From Eledone cirrhosa (taxonomy: Eukaryota), in the NCBI GenBank assembly GCA_964016885.1, contig OZ024741.1, forward strand, positions 145,762,001-145,826,000: a stretch of 64,000 nt of DNA. Direction: 5' to 3'. The position numbers were made by a program, and so were the translations under genes. Below the pieces are notes generated by a model. That model was not told where the DNA came from. It did not search any database and was given only the letters and a program-made list of their open reading frames with translations. Shown here one piece after another: positions 32,040 through 45,044 of this stretch. Position 1 is the first letter of the stretch, and each line of letters opens with the position of its first letter.

Positions 32040-35000
32040 AGTGAAAAATGGAACGGGAACAAAACAGAGAGGCAGTACGAACAAAGGTTTATTAGTTTCA
32101 CGCTCTTGAGAGTGGGGGGGACGACGTTTCGGACATAAGCCCTTCTTCAGGCGAAAAGTGTGTGGGGAGAGAGTTTCAAGGCTGTGTAGGGGAGTGGGGG
32201 AGAGACATTTAGAAAAAAGGGGCTGAGAGGAAACGGTGGAAGGGGTACAAATGAAAATAAATATGAAAAAATAATAATAAAAATAAAAATAAACATGAAG
32301 ATAAACAAGTGGCGGAAGGGTGGGGGGCATGTAGGGGTGGTGGCGGGTGGAGTGGGGAGAGGGATGCGGGGTGTCCGAGTGGGGAGGGCTGAAGGTGGTG
32401 TGTGTGTGTAGGTGTACGTATGTGTGTGTGTGAATGTGAGAGTTGGGGGAAGAACGGGGTTCCATGTTCAGGAATAGGTGTGTGTGAGGTGGGGTGTAGG
32501 TCCGTGTGCGTGTGTGGATGGGGAGGGGTCAGAGAATTCCGGAGGCTGAGTGTGTAAATATGTGGGGGTACGCACGTCTGTGTGGTGTTTATACGTATTG
32601 TGGATGTAGGTGGCATGTGGGAAAAAAATGTTTGTGAGTGTATGTCCGTGGGTAAGTTCCTAAGGTAGTTCCGTAGAGGATGTGGTGGGAAGCCGGATAT
32701 TTTCCTTGTGATGGAGTTGATTCGTGGGAGCGAGGTCCAATGTGTGTAATCCGTGGTTGGGTTGGTCGGAAGAGGGGAGATTGGGGTGCGCGCGCAACAG
32801 GAAGTGGTCAGAGGGTCAAGGCAGAAGGAGGGTTGTGTGTCTGTGTGTGCGGAGAGGTGCTCAGAGGGTCAGGGCATAGCCGCAGTAGGGGAGAATGACA
32901 GGTGGAGAAAGTCGGTGTGTCAGTGTGTGCGTTGGTGCGGTAGACAGGGGAGAGGATGGGTAGGTGTGAAAGGTGGAGTGGGGATGGGTTTGTGCGAGGG
33001 GGAGGGGTGTGTGTGTATTAGTAGAGGTGTTAGTGGGATGTGTGTGTGTGTGAAGGGGTGTGAGTGGAGCGGGGAGAGGGAGAGAAAGGTGTGGTGGTCG
33101 GTGGAGGGAGTGTGGTGTACTGGTGTGTGTGTGCGTGTTTGGATGAGTGTGTGTGCGTGTGAATGGGGTGTTAGTGGGTGTTAGTATACTGGTGGTGGGG
33201 AAAGGGTTGAATGCGGGTGTGTTAGTGGGGGTCAGTGGTGGTAGGGTATGTAGAGTGAGTGGTGTAAGTGGGTGTGGGTGGGTGCGTGTGTCCGTGTGCA
33301 TGGGGTCGGGGGGATGTTAGTGGTATTAGTTGTGGGGTGGTGGCAGTGGATGTGTGGGTGAGGTTTAGTTGTGGTAGTAGGGTGTGTGGTTAGTGTGAGT
33401 GCGTGTATATACGTACCGGTGGGTGTGTGCATGATAGTGGGAGGTGGAGGGGAAAGGAGAAGGGGGGGGGGGGGGGTGATTGTATTGTTAGTTGGGGGAG
33501 AGTGGTCGGGGTGGGGGTGTTGGTATTGTTAGTTGTGGGGTGGGCGGTGAAAAGGATGAGTGTGTTAGTGGTGTTAGTGGGGGATATGTGTGTGTGTGTG
33601 GGGGGGGGGGGGGGGGGGAAACAGGGCGGTCGAAGGCTAAAGGAATAGGGGTGGGGAGTTCAGGCTAGGAGGAGTGTGGGTCTGTAGGGTGAAGATGGTG
33701 CCTTGTTCGACCCTGAGGAGGGTAGCGGGTGTACCGTGCCATTGGAGTAGCCCACAGACTGTGAGGTGGTGCGCGGAATGTCCAGGGGGAGCCAAAGTGG
33801 CGGGCGATGGGGGAACTACCGCCGAGACGAATATCCCGGAGGTGTTTGGTAAAACGGTCCGCCAGGCAGCGTCCAGTCTGTCCGACTGTCCGCCAGGCGA
33901 CGTCCAGTCTGTCCGACGTAGGTTGCGCTACACTCCGTGCAGCGAAGTCCATAGACTAGGTTGGAGGAGGTGCACCGGAAGGCATGCCGGACAGAGAGAA
34001 TGGCCGTTGGGACCCTGGAAGGTGGTGGTGTTGGTGATGAGGGGACAGGTGTTGCAACAGGTGTTGGAACAGGGAAGGGAACCGGTGGGGGATCGTGGGT
34101 TGAGGGTAGGGAGCTGCGGACGAGGAGGGTGCAGAGATTGCATGTGCGTTTGAAGGAGGGGAGTGGTGGGGCTGGGAAGATGTGGGAGGTGGAGGGGTCG
34201 GACTGGAGGCGTCGGAAGAGGCGGTGGAGGGGTAGTAGGTGATGGGGAAGGGGAGACGGTGGGTGTGTGGTGGCGTGGGGTGAGGGTGGTGGAGCTGTGG
34301 ATAGCACGGGCGCGAGTGAGGGCGGTGTGGACGAGGGGGAGGGGGATAACCTCTGCGGATAAAATGGCTGACTAGCGAAAGGGCCTGGGACTCAAAGTCA
34401 GCATCTCGGCTACAGAGGCGGCAGATTCTGAGGAGTTGGGCGTAGGGAATAGAGTGTGTAGTGTGTGTAGGGTGGGAAGAGGTGAAGTCGAGGTAGGCGT
34501 GGGAGTCAGTGGGTTTTAAGAAGGCGGGGGTGACGAGGGAGTGGTGGGAGGGGTCGAAGGCGACGGAGATGTCTAAGAAGTGGACGTGGGTGGTGGAGAT
34601 AAAGATGGTGAAGTGGAGGGAGGGGTGGAAGGAGCAGAAGAAGGAGAGAAAGGAGTCGAGCTGATCTCGGGTGAGGGTCGTGGCTCTGATACAGTCGTCG
34701 ATGTAACGACCGTACAGTTCGGGCGTGGGGCCGGTGTACTGGGCAAACATTTAGGCCTCAACATGGCCAACGAAAAGGTTAGCATAGTTTGGGCCCATTC
34801 TTGTGCCCATGGCTACCCCCGTGACCTGTTGGTAAAACTCACCCGAGAAGGAGAAACAGTTGAGGGTGCGGACCAGCTCGGCGAGGCGAAGGAGGGTGGG
34901 GGTGGCGGGGATGAGGGAGGGGCGAAGGTCGAGGTAGTGCTTCAGAGCACACAGGCCGTCGGCATGGGGGATGACTGTATAGAGCGACTTGATATCTAGG

Positions 35001-35522
35001 GTGAAGAGGAAGGGCTGTGGGCCGGGTGGGAAGTTGAAGGAGTTGAATAGGCGAATGGCGTGGTTGGTGTCGGAGACGTGGGAGGGGAGGGTAGTGACGA
35101 GGGGGGCGAGGATGGAGTCAAGAAAGGCGGAGATGAATTCGGTGGGCAGTTGCAAGCGGAGACGATGGGGCGGCCCAGGTTGTCGGGTTTGTGGAGTTTG
35201 GGGAGGAAGTAGATAGTAGGGGTGCGGGGATGCAGACGATGAGGTGGGAAGCGGTGGGAGGGAAGAGGGAGGAGGAGACAAGGTGTTGGATGGTGGAGGA
35301 AACTTGTTGTTGGTAGAGGGGTATGGGATCGGAGGGTAGAGGGCGGTAGAAGAGGGGGTTACGGAGCTGCCTGAGGGCTTCAGCCGTGTAGAGGTCAGCG
35401 TGCCACACCACCACGATGCCTCCCTTGTCCGCCGGTTTGATGACGATGTCATCTCGGCTACGGAGAGAGCGGAGAGCGAGGAGTTCGCCCCATGAGATGT
35501 TATTCCGTTGGGACCGGTGGCA
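32040..35522 (-). mobile_element. Penelope-like element (RT + GIY-YIG) with long C/A-rich 3' region and pLTR hammerhead
   Basis: IKPADKGG, TLDIKSLYTVIPH, QVTGVAMGTRMGPNYANLF, RYIDDC, FLDI, SSHP, NLVYGLRCTEC..YVGQTGRRLADRF; frameshifted; AATAAA (minus) at 32088-32093. Confidence 0.95.
32120..32154 (-). ncRNA. Hammerhead core in PLE pLTR (stem I weak)
   Basis: CTGAAGA-aGGGCttatGTCC-GAAA-CG-TC; only about 2 bp of stem I evident. Confidence 0.65.
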
Positions 35523-35523
35523 G

Positions 35524-35556
<33 letters not shown>

Positions 35557-35734
35557 ACAGAGTTTTGTAGTTTCCTTGAAGCATTGTTGAATAGGAAACA
35601 CAAATTTAAATAATTTTGTAAACCATACAATACACTAGAAAATTAAAATTCCCAAGATAACAAAGAATCTTACCTTAGCAAATTTGATAATCCCAAATGT
35701 TTTCAGATTTAAAAACCTATTACCATTGTGTTTC

Positions 35735-35791
<57 letters not shown>

Positions 35792-36113
35792 TGGTGGCTG
35801 CCAACTCGTTTTCGAGTATGGCCACTACTTTATATCCATGTAGGAGAACCCCTACCGATGCGCTGAAAGAGTGTGACTTTTTAGTCCAGCCAGCGACTTG
35901 AAAACTCTGGTACAAACACTACACTTGTGACAATTATTGACACATAGTGCTGGGCCCATGGTACCATGTGACGACAAGTGCAGAGAGATCTCCAGATATA
36001 AAGTAATGCCTATGACGTGAAGCTTTTATAGTGAGCAAAGACACTGCACAAAGCCAGTCCCATTCTCTTAACCAAGATGATATTTACCAAGAAGAAGAAC
36101 AAGTCAACATTAT

Positions 36114-36299
36114 TGGATACCGTCAGGGTTGCAGGTGTTATATCAGAGTTTTCCTTCTCCAAGAATTCTGCCTTGACAAAGGCTAAGGGGTCATCTCTCC
36201 CGGTGATGGATACCATCAGGGTTGCAGGTGTTATATCAGAGTTTTCCTTCTCCAAGAATTCTGCCTTGACAAAGGCTAAGGGGTCATCTCTCCCGGTGA
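36114..36299. repeat. 93-bp tandem duplication
   Basis: tggatacc[g/a]tcagggttgcagg...ctcccggtga occurs twice. Confidence 0.95.
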
Positions 36300-36384
36300 T
36301 TTTGGATGGCCATTGACTCTTAAGAGCTCCTTTGCCCTTTATACATACATATATATATATATATATAAAGAGAGACAGAAAGAG

Positions 36385-36830
36385 AGATAGAGATACATAG
36401 CAAAACAGACATTTTAGAAAATGGAATCAATGATGGTTATCAAGTAAAATCATTAATCAACTGTAGCAATTTAAATATTCAGACAGTTATAAAAGTAGAG
36501 ATGACTTTAATGTAAGGAAACGACTGGCATGGACTGCGATAAATCGCCTAGACAAAATATGGAAGTCTAACATGCACAGAAAATTGAAACTTAGATTTTT
36601 CAGGGCATGCATAGAAAATATTTTGAAACTTGGCCATAACATGAAATCTAGAAATAAAAATAGATGGATTATACACTATGCTATTGAGAAACATTTTGAA
36701 CAACAGCTAGAGAGATCATATAACCAACAGAGAACTTTACCAAGGTCTGCCATGGCTGTCTTTGAAGATTATGCTTTGCTGGCCATTGCCACAGAGCTGG
36801 GGGTTAAGGAATTTCTAAGCTTTTATTTTG
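36385..36830 (+). pseudogene. RTE-related LINE C-terminal remnant (different family from copies 1 and 2)
   Basis: DFNVRKRLAWTAINRLDKIWKSNMHRKLKLRFFRACIENIL. Confidence 0.7.
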
Positions 36831-37188
36831 GTCACAGTATTTCATACAAATGAAATAGTGAGTTAATTCTGTATAAAATAAAGATGCTTATTCTCCATCA
36901 ACTACATATTAAGTAATTCTTAATATGTAGTTGATGACCCTCTTCTGAAATCTGCCTATTATATATATATATATATAAAACATGCTTATAACATCAACAC
37001 TTTATATAACATAACACATGCCTTGGATTGAGAGATCTACCAAATTTGGATAATTATTATGAAATTCAACTGCAATATATATATACTTGAAGGTGGCTGA
37101 CCGAACTAGAAACTACTAAATGTGTGGCTGCCTTCTTGTCTCTCTGCCTTTTCAGCCCCATGGATTATATTCCTTTGTTAAATTTCGA

Positions 37189-37246
37189 ATACCTGATGAT
37201 GTCACCGGATTCATACTGAACCCGGTCATTAAAATGTTCATAGTAT
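37189..37246 (+). ncRNA. Decayed type I hammerhead (GAAA changed to AAAA)
   Basis: ATAC-CTGATGA-tgtcACCGGattcatactgaacCCGGTcatt-AAAA-TGttCA-TA-GTAT. Confidence 0.6.
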
Positions 37247-39479
37247 AATAAACCTTTAAGGAATTACACCAGTGCAGCCTCCTGTTATTTTATAATATAT
37301 ATATATATATGTGTATAAGTGTATATACATACATGTGTGTATGTGTGTGTGCATGTGCATGCATATGTATAAATACTCTATACAGAAATATTAAAGACCT
37401 TTTACTCCCTCTATCCAGAAATCTATTTGCTAATTCACAGCATTATTATATTAAAATATAGTGAATATATAGAAGATAACATTAGTTTGATTCATGTGAA
37501 TTATATATGAAATATATGTAAGGAATGCATATATTCAATTAAATTATAAAAGGCTATGAATTCCCAATCTATAATCATAAAGTTATTAAATCCATATATG
37601 CTGGTCAGATTATTGTCCCACATTCATCAGTAATATCCAATACCTAATATCTAATACAAAATCCTCAAACTTGCTACACATTGTATTGTTGTGTTTATTA
37701 CTAGTTTCAAGCAGTTTATAGAATATTAATGTTTAAATAACATGACAGGTTTTCATCCAGCTAGAATACTCATGAACCATACATATTTCACAGTAGAGTT
37801 CAAGATAATATACTTATCAAATAATAATCTTAGCAATCTGATTGTTGTTATCTGATTGTTGTTGTTGTTTAAGATGAGAGCATTGGATAAAATGCATTCT
37901 GGTATTTGCACTCTAAGTTCATATCATGCCAAAGTCAACTTGGCCTTTCATCCTTTCAGAGTTGATAAAGTAGAACACAAGTGAAGGGATAATGGATTGG
38001 CAGAATTGCTAGACCCTCGTATATGTTGCTTTGACACCTGAGTTTGCCTATATGGTCACTAGTACTAAGTTGTATTAAACTTTGCCTTTCATTTGGACAA
38101 CATTGACAGTGTGGGAGAAAGGAAACCTGCATGAATGTGTGACTGCAGGCCTTCCACAAAAAAATCTTGTCCAGATCTGTACCATGGAAAGAAACGTTCC
38201 AAAGGTAGGTACATGGTCTCACAAAACTTACTGAGACATTTGTGTTTAGTTGAGAAAACCTATTATTAAAATCATTCTAGCCTTTACCGTACCATATTTT
38301 GTCCATATAGAAGAACCACAGAGAGAACTCCTCAGTTGTGTTAATGGCATGACAACCTCTCTATTGTTGGTTGTTTACATGATAAATGTATCAAGGACAA
38401 ACTGTAAAGTGGTTGGTAATAGGAAGGAGATCCAGCCATAGAAAATGTGCCTAACAAAGAGGCTGGAGGACTCTTTAGTTGTGTCAAAAATACGACAGCT
38501 TGCCTAGTGTTGCTGCTATGATAAAATAGACTTGGTACATCATGAAAATTTATGTAATCAACATGAAAGCCTCTGGCCCATATGAAATGTCAGTAGCTCC
38601 ATTTCAGTACTGACTCAGTTTGTGAAGACCCATATAACACTTACTAGCAGGGAAGAAGGACAAAAAACAATGATGCTGATAATGATGATGAATGTCCAAT
38701 GTCTCCTTTCTAATTTTAAGATAGCACAAGTGGATGTTTGGCTGGTATTCCTTACAGGTAGATTGAGCATCAACATTGCGTCTCCCTTATTTAACTCAAG
38801 TGATCTGAAAGTTGTGTTTTAGTCCTTACTTAGATGATTTGATTGTGTCTACATTCATAGCTGTAATTCAATGCCATTGAAAGAAATTGAAGTTAAATAG
38901 GAATTTTGTCCTTTTACAAGTGAAGTCATCTGAGATTGTGTCTTGAAACTAAAGCAATTACATCATAGACAAGTCAGATTTTGCCATTCAAAAAATGAAA
39001 ACAAAAAGAAAAACACCAAATAAAATCTGTTAAATTCACTTTATATTTATACTTTATTTTATCGTATCAAAATTTTAATTGTTCTCTTTGCAAGTTGATC
39101 ACTCGCAAATTCCACTTCATTGGAACTCTGTTAGTGATTAGGACTAAAACAAGTATTATGAAAACTTTAGCACAATAAAATAAAAATTAAATGTAAAGAA
39201 AATTTAACATTTTTTTGTCTGTCAGTCTGTCTCTCTGTTTGTCTCTCTCTGTCTGTCTGTCTGTCTCCCTCCCCCTCTCTCTTTCTCCCTCTCTCTCTCT
39301 CTCTCTCTCTGTGTTTTTAATGGGCTAAAATGAGTCTTTCATAATGAAGTTGCTGAAATTAATTTATTGAATCAAAGTTTATGTCAAATTTCCAGCATGA
39401 CAGAAATCTAATGATTCTTCTGAACAGCACTCACACCAATTCATCCTAATAATTTGATATTATGTGACAAGAGGAGAAT

Positions 39480-41250
39480 ACATGTATTACAGTGTCAACT
39501 GTTCACTGCCAGTGACACCCCTTATTTCTCAATCAATGTCTGGAGTATTCGAACTGTTCTAATCAGTGCTGTTTCCTACAAATCTCTACCCACATTGTAA
39601 CCCTCAATTATGCAATGAATTTCTCAAGATCTTTACTTACTGTTGTTAAGGCTCTAGCTATTATTGGTATTACTACTACCTTTTTCAGTGACTTCTGTTT
39701 AACTTCCCAGGCTAACCTGACATATCGATCAACTTTTTTTCCTTCTTTATAGTATAACTTATTGCCAGCTGGACATGCTATATCTATGATCCAACATTGT
39801 CAGGTTTTTTTCTCAATTATCACATCTTGTTTCCTATTCTCCATCTCATGGTTTCACTGTATCCCCAAATCCCATAGAATCTTTACATTATCATTTTTAA
39901 TAATGCACCTGGCCCAGGTTTATGTTCATACCCCTTTTATGCTCTGTCAAGTCTACATTTGCTGCAAAGTGCTCAATGGACTATCCTTGCTATGCTGTTG
40001 TAGCAACACATATTTTTTATGAGCTAGCAGCATACATTGACTTGTAAAATGACATACAGTTTCTCCACTCTCATCACTAATTCTGTACTTACCACATTCT
40101 GTAAAGTCAATTCTGTGTTTGATGTAATTTGCTCTGAGTAGCACAGATTAAGGCTTCTGTTTCCAGTTTTAAATCACTTTCAGCTATCCATATCCACCTT
40201 TTCTCTCTGTCTGTCCTGTCTTCAACATCTCTTTGGAATGGTCCATGCATTCCTTTTTCAGTCCATCTATATTCAGTTTCATCATTCTTCAAATGCTTGT
40301 ACAGTGTTTTATCTTTACAATCTTCAATTTTGCACAACCTTGACCTTCTTATTTCCAACAGTAGAAGTTCTTGGCATTTTATATTTTACCATGCCATGTT
40401 GTATTCTTCTGCCCTAATATTGTCTTTAAACCCAATCAGTCCTCTTCTTCTCGTTTTCTTGATATATACAATCTTTCTGTGTCTCTCTTTGGATACAATA
40501 CTCCATATCAAGTCAATAGTTTTCTTATCTTTCAGTCTAAGATGATTAATTCTTCTACTGCCTATGTGATCACCCGTGTTCAATATCACAGGAGTGAGAC
40601 TATCCATGTGTTGGTAGCTTCTTTCTTATTCTGTTCATTGAGTTTCAACTTGAGATCACGTCTAAGTATTTCACCTAACCCTTTATTTTTATTTCCATCT
40701 CCATTACTTTGTCCATTTCCTCTTCTATTTACTTCATAACCTCCTCCAATGGCAGCAGCAACCCATCCATGCATTTAACTTTTCCTCTAAGACTAACTCA
40801 TCACACTTTTTCAAGCCAAACTCCATTCTGATGTCAGCACTAAATGTATACACCATATTAATGAAGGAACTGATTAGAAAGACGTCTTTACCATAAAACC
40901 CGAGGTTATCCATGAATAATAAGTGGCTAATGTTTTTTTAGTGACCTTTGAATTTATACCAAGCCTTGGCTTTCTGTGAAATCATATTTTCTTTTCTACA
41001 ACAGTCAACTTATAACTCTTCAAGAGGAAAATTTAACAGCTATGCTAATCTTACCAGTCTTAGAAGAAGCCTGTAGAGGCAATGAGCACCATCCTTGTAT
41101 TCACAACAGATCCCAACAAAAAATATGGACAGTATTCAAGTGTAAATCACACTTGAGCTTCATAGCGAGTCAATGTCATATAGTCTCTGCAACTGTTCTG
41201 AGTCTTGAAGAAGCTTTTTGCTCTCAATATAAATTTAGTTAAAGTCTTTC
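39480..41250 (-). pseudogene. R4/Dong-like non-LTR element remnant (RT C-terminus, CCHC, RLE)
   Basis: KGMHGPFQR, DLKLETEALICA, RANYIKHRID..ESGETVCHFTSQC, YIKKTRRRGLI. Confidence 0.8.
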
Positions 41251-44200
41251 CGAGTCTAGAGGCTCATCAGGCCAAACGTTATCCTAGTTTCTTTGCTGTT
41301 AAGCACCTGGGAGTACAGGACCCCGTCCCTGGATAGGATGCCAGTCCATTGTTAACTTATTTCTCGGTTGCAGCTGCTGCTGCTGATAGTACTCATTTTT
41401 CAGTTGAGTCGACAGGGGAAATACAAAATGAAATGTTTTGTTCCAGAATACAACACACCACCCAGTTCTGGATTTGAACCCATGGCATTATGATCATGGT
41501 GAGCCCTGCACCAAAGCCACTTGGTTATGCTTTTAAACTTAAATGAGGTTTTGCATGTATTATTCAGAAATAGCTGCCTTCAGACATCATCAGTGATTAT
41601 GGAATCTGGTAATTGTGTTTTTTTTTATCAGTTTTTTTTTTTACTGGAGGATGCTTTCAAGGTATTTCTAAGTTATATTTGGCATGAAGTGTTTAGTCTG
41701 TATGTCAAAGATATTTAAGTAATACAGGTTAAGGAATGAAAGATAATATCAACTGTTTAGCAGTAGATGTGTATAATTTGAAGTAACAGCATATAGATTA
41801 TTTATGTAGGGAAGAAGTAACTGGGACACAGCTGAAATGCCAAACTCCACCAGAATTAATAGTATATATACTATTTAAGGCTGAAGAGGGTCTAGCTAAG
41901 TGGCTTTTGGTTTGTTAGACACAGCTGAAAGCTTTGATTGTATCGATGGCAAACAATTTACCTAATATAAATTTCAGTAATGTTACTGAAGCGGTTTTCA
42001 AACAAGTAGAACAAATTGCAAAGGTAAATGCAAAAGAAAAATCATCTTAAGAATACAAACTACTAAAGTATTTTAATGGTTATCAGAAAGAGTAAATGAA
42101 GTTGGAAAAGAAAGAAAATGATGAAGAATTGACAAAATGAGCACTGTGATTTAAAGATCAGAAATATAAGATTTAAAAAATTACATTTCTATCAGAAAAA
42201 CTGCAAGGATATTATAAGAGATTTGAAGAACCTGAAATGAAGGAGGTATATGACAAAAGTAATAAGATGATTTGACCATAAATCTGAAGTTTTAGATGAC
42301 AGGAATAACAATATTGTAAAAGAGAAAATTGAAACAGAATAATAACTGAAAAACAAAAAAACAACTGTTAATTTCATTGACTATGTAGGATCATAAATAA
42401 TAGAAACAGAAATGATAGAAGTGCTAAAAGCAACAACATACATAAAACACACCTAGTGTAGATGATATTCCATTGAAGTTAGTCGACCAAAATATAAATA
42501 TTTATGCCAAATTATACCAAATGTTCTGGGCACAAACAATGGCTGCCTACATACCATTTCTAAAGAAGGATACAAAAATGGTGTTTATATCTCCTATATA
42601 TGTATGGACCCATAACTACTGTTGTAGTCATAGGGGCACTGTTGTGACATCTGTATGTCTTGAGCACTTTAAGCCTTGAGAAATCCATCCCCTGTCCAAA
42701 TCAAATCACAGCCAATTTCTTCCAGAGAAGGAGAAAGAAAGTGAGAGAGGAAGTAAGAAAGAGATATAGAGGAATAATCAAATTCAGTACTGGACTGGTA
42801 CTTTTTATTCACCTTGAAAGGATGAAAAGCAAAGTTGATGTCAGTAGAATTTGAAGTAAGGGAGTGCAGAGAACTAGAATGAATACCATAAAGCATTCTA
42901 TCCACCATTCTAATGACTATGCCAATTCATTGCATATTTATAACTCATTTAAAAGCTTTTGTTAGAAAATAAACAGAATTTGTTAGAAAATAAACTGTTC
43001 TCAAAGATTAACAATCTCATGAACAAGATGTTATATCTTGAAATTGAAATTTTGAATCATTTCAAGAGGTCAGTCATTGACTGAATGATACTTTATGAAA
43101 TTTGATTTTGCTAGTCCAGACAGAAATAAATTAAGAACATTGCTTATCTCTATGCACTCCAATACACATTTGAAAGAGTTACCGACCAGAAAAATAATTC
43201 ATTTAGAGTAATTATATTACCTAGTATATCATTTGAAGAAACACAAGTTTTGTTTTCCATGAGAGTATAAGAAAACTATATTTTAGGTTCTTTTGTTAAC
43301 ATTTTTGTAAATATTTATGAAGCTCAGCTTGGACAATCTTCTGGGTGACTTGGATTCAACAACTGTGAATAAATGAAGTTTCTTTGACAAACTTCATATT
43401 TTCAGCATCTTTTTAAAGCAAATAACATGAAATACAATGAATTCATGTAATTATAATTATTGTAGGTATTAATAAACTCCTTGGCAAGGCTGGGTACTGC
43501 TGCTAGTATCTAATATTGTTTTATTCTTTTTCTATTTTACTTCTGCTTATGCAGAATTTTGCCACTGTACTCTATACCATTGCACTGTACAATATAATAC
43601 ATGTTTTATGAAAATTAGCCAATAATTAATAAAATTATTAACAATATATATCTATATCTCTCTCTCTATATATATATATACATATATGTGTGTGTGCATG
43701 TGTGTGTGTGTGTGTAGTGGGTTTAAATGAAATTAAAAGGGCACAAATTATTGTTGCCCACTTAATTACACATTCAAATTACTTAAGTCCTCTTAAGAAG
43801 AATCTCAATTATTAACAGTTTTATATCTACATACATTTTTGTGTTGTGTTGGTGTTTTTGTATTTTCACACATCTTCACATGCATATGTATATATGCGTG
43901 TGTGCATTTCTCTTTCTCTCTCCCAATGAATATAATTTTCCTAAGGAAAAGATATCAGTGACCTCAATGTTTCAGCATTGTGGCTTTTTCATCAATGCCA
44001 AAACTTCAAATTCATTGACATTTTTCTTCAGAAATTCGAACTTAGACTTTGCCCAAAGAGTGCCCTTTTCTATCAATTATAAATTGATATATATGCATAC
44101 ATACATATAATTTAGAAATGTAAGATAATCTTAAAGCATATGTATTCTTTTACTTATTCATAACTTTTTTCACACTTGTTTCATGTTCTCCTTATCTCTC

Positions 44201-45044
44201 CTTTATTTCTTTATGCTCCCATTCTGTTTTTTTTTCCATTTTCTCTACCCCTCTATTATCAATTCTTTTTGTCATGCTCTAAGTTCCTGTCTATCAAAGA
44301 GTTAATGCACACACTTTCATTTTTGGTATTACTAAAACCTTGGAATTAGAAAAATGTCTGCCAAAAAGACACAATCTTCTTTTATTATTATCCATATTGA
44401 TTCACAAAATAAAATTTTTGGGTGATTAATCTAAGGTTATATGGAGAGAAAAAATTACACTGATTTTTGTTAAAGTAATTAAAATAGATTACTTGTTCAA
44501 AAGTGTAATTATGACCGGTAAACACCTGCTGAGAAGAAAGATAATACACACATGCACACACATACACAAACACAATTCTAGGTATTGTAGGAAAAGGTGT
44601 CACTGCATTAGATGATGATACAAAATATACAAAGCTTTATGATAATATTTGATTTTACTACAAAAATATATTAGAGTTCAAAGTGTATTGTAGTTTTCTT
44701 TAAGAAGTACTAGAAAAACTTGAAATATGTGCATCTTATTGCAAATGGCCATAAAATTCATTATAGTTGATCATTAAAAGAAACTAGACCACGTGACTGT
44801 TGGGTACGTTCACTTAGAAATATAAAAAAAAAATCATCTTCATTTTAAATAATTTTTGAATAATTAAAATATACACAGACAATGTAAAATGAAATTTGAA
44901 GGCCCATATATATATATACGTGTGTGTGTGTGTGTGTGGATATATTAAACCCATGCTAGTGTGGAAGATAGATGTTAAACGATGATGATGATGATGATGA
45001 TGATGATATATATATATATATATATATATATACGGGTGTCTGTG

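Noticed and set aside
41875-41940. CTGAAGA-gggtctagc...gttagac..GAAA hammerhead-like string
   Set aside because: No stem I partner or valid stem III/UH arrangement found
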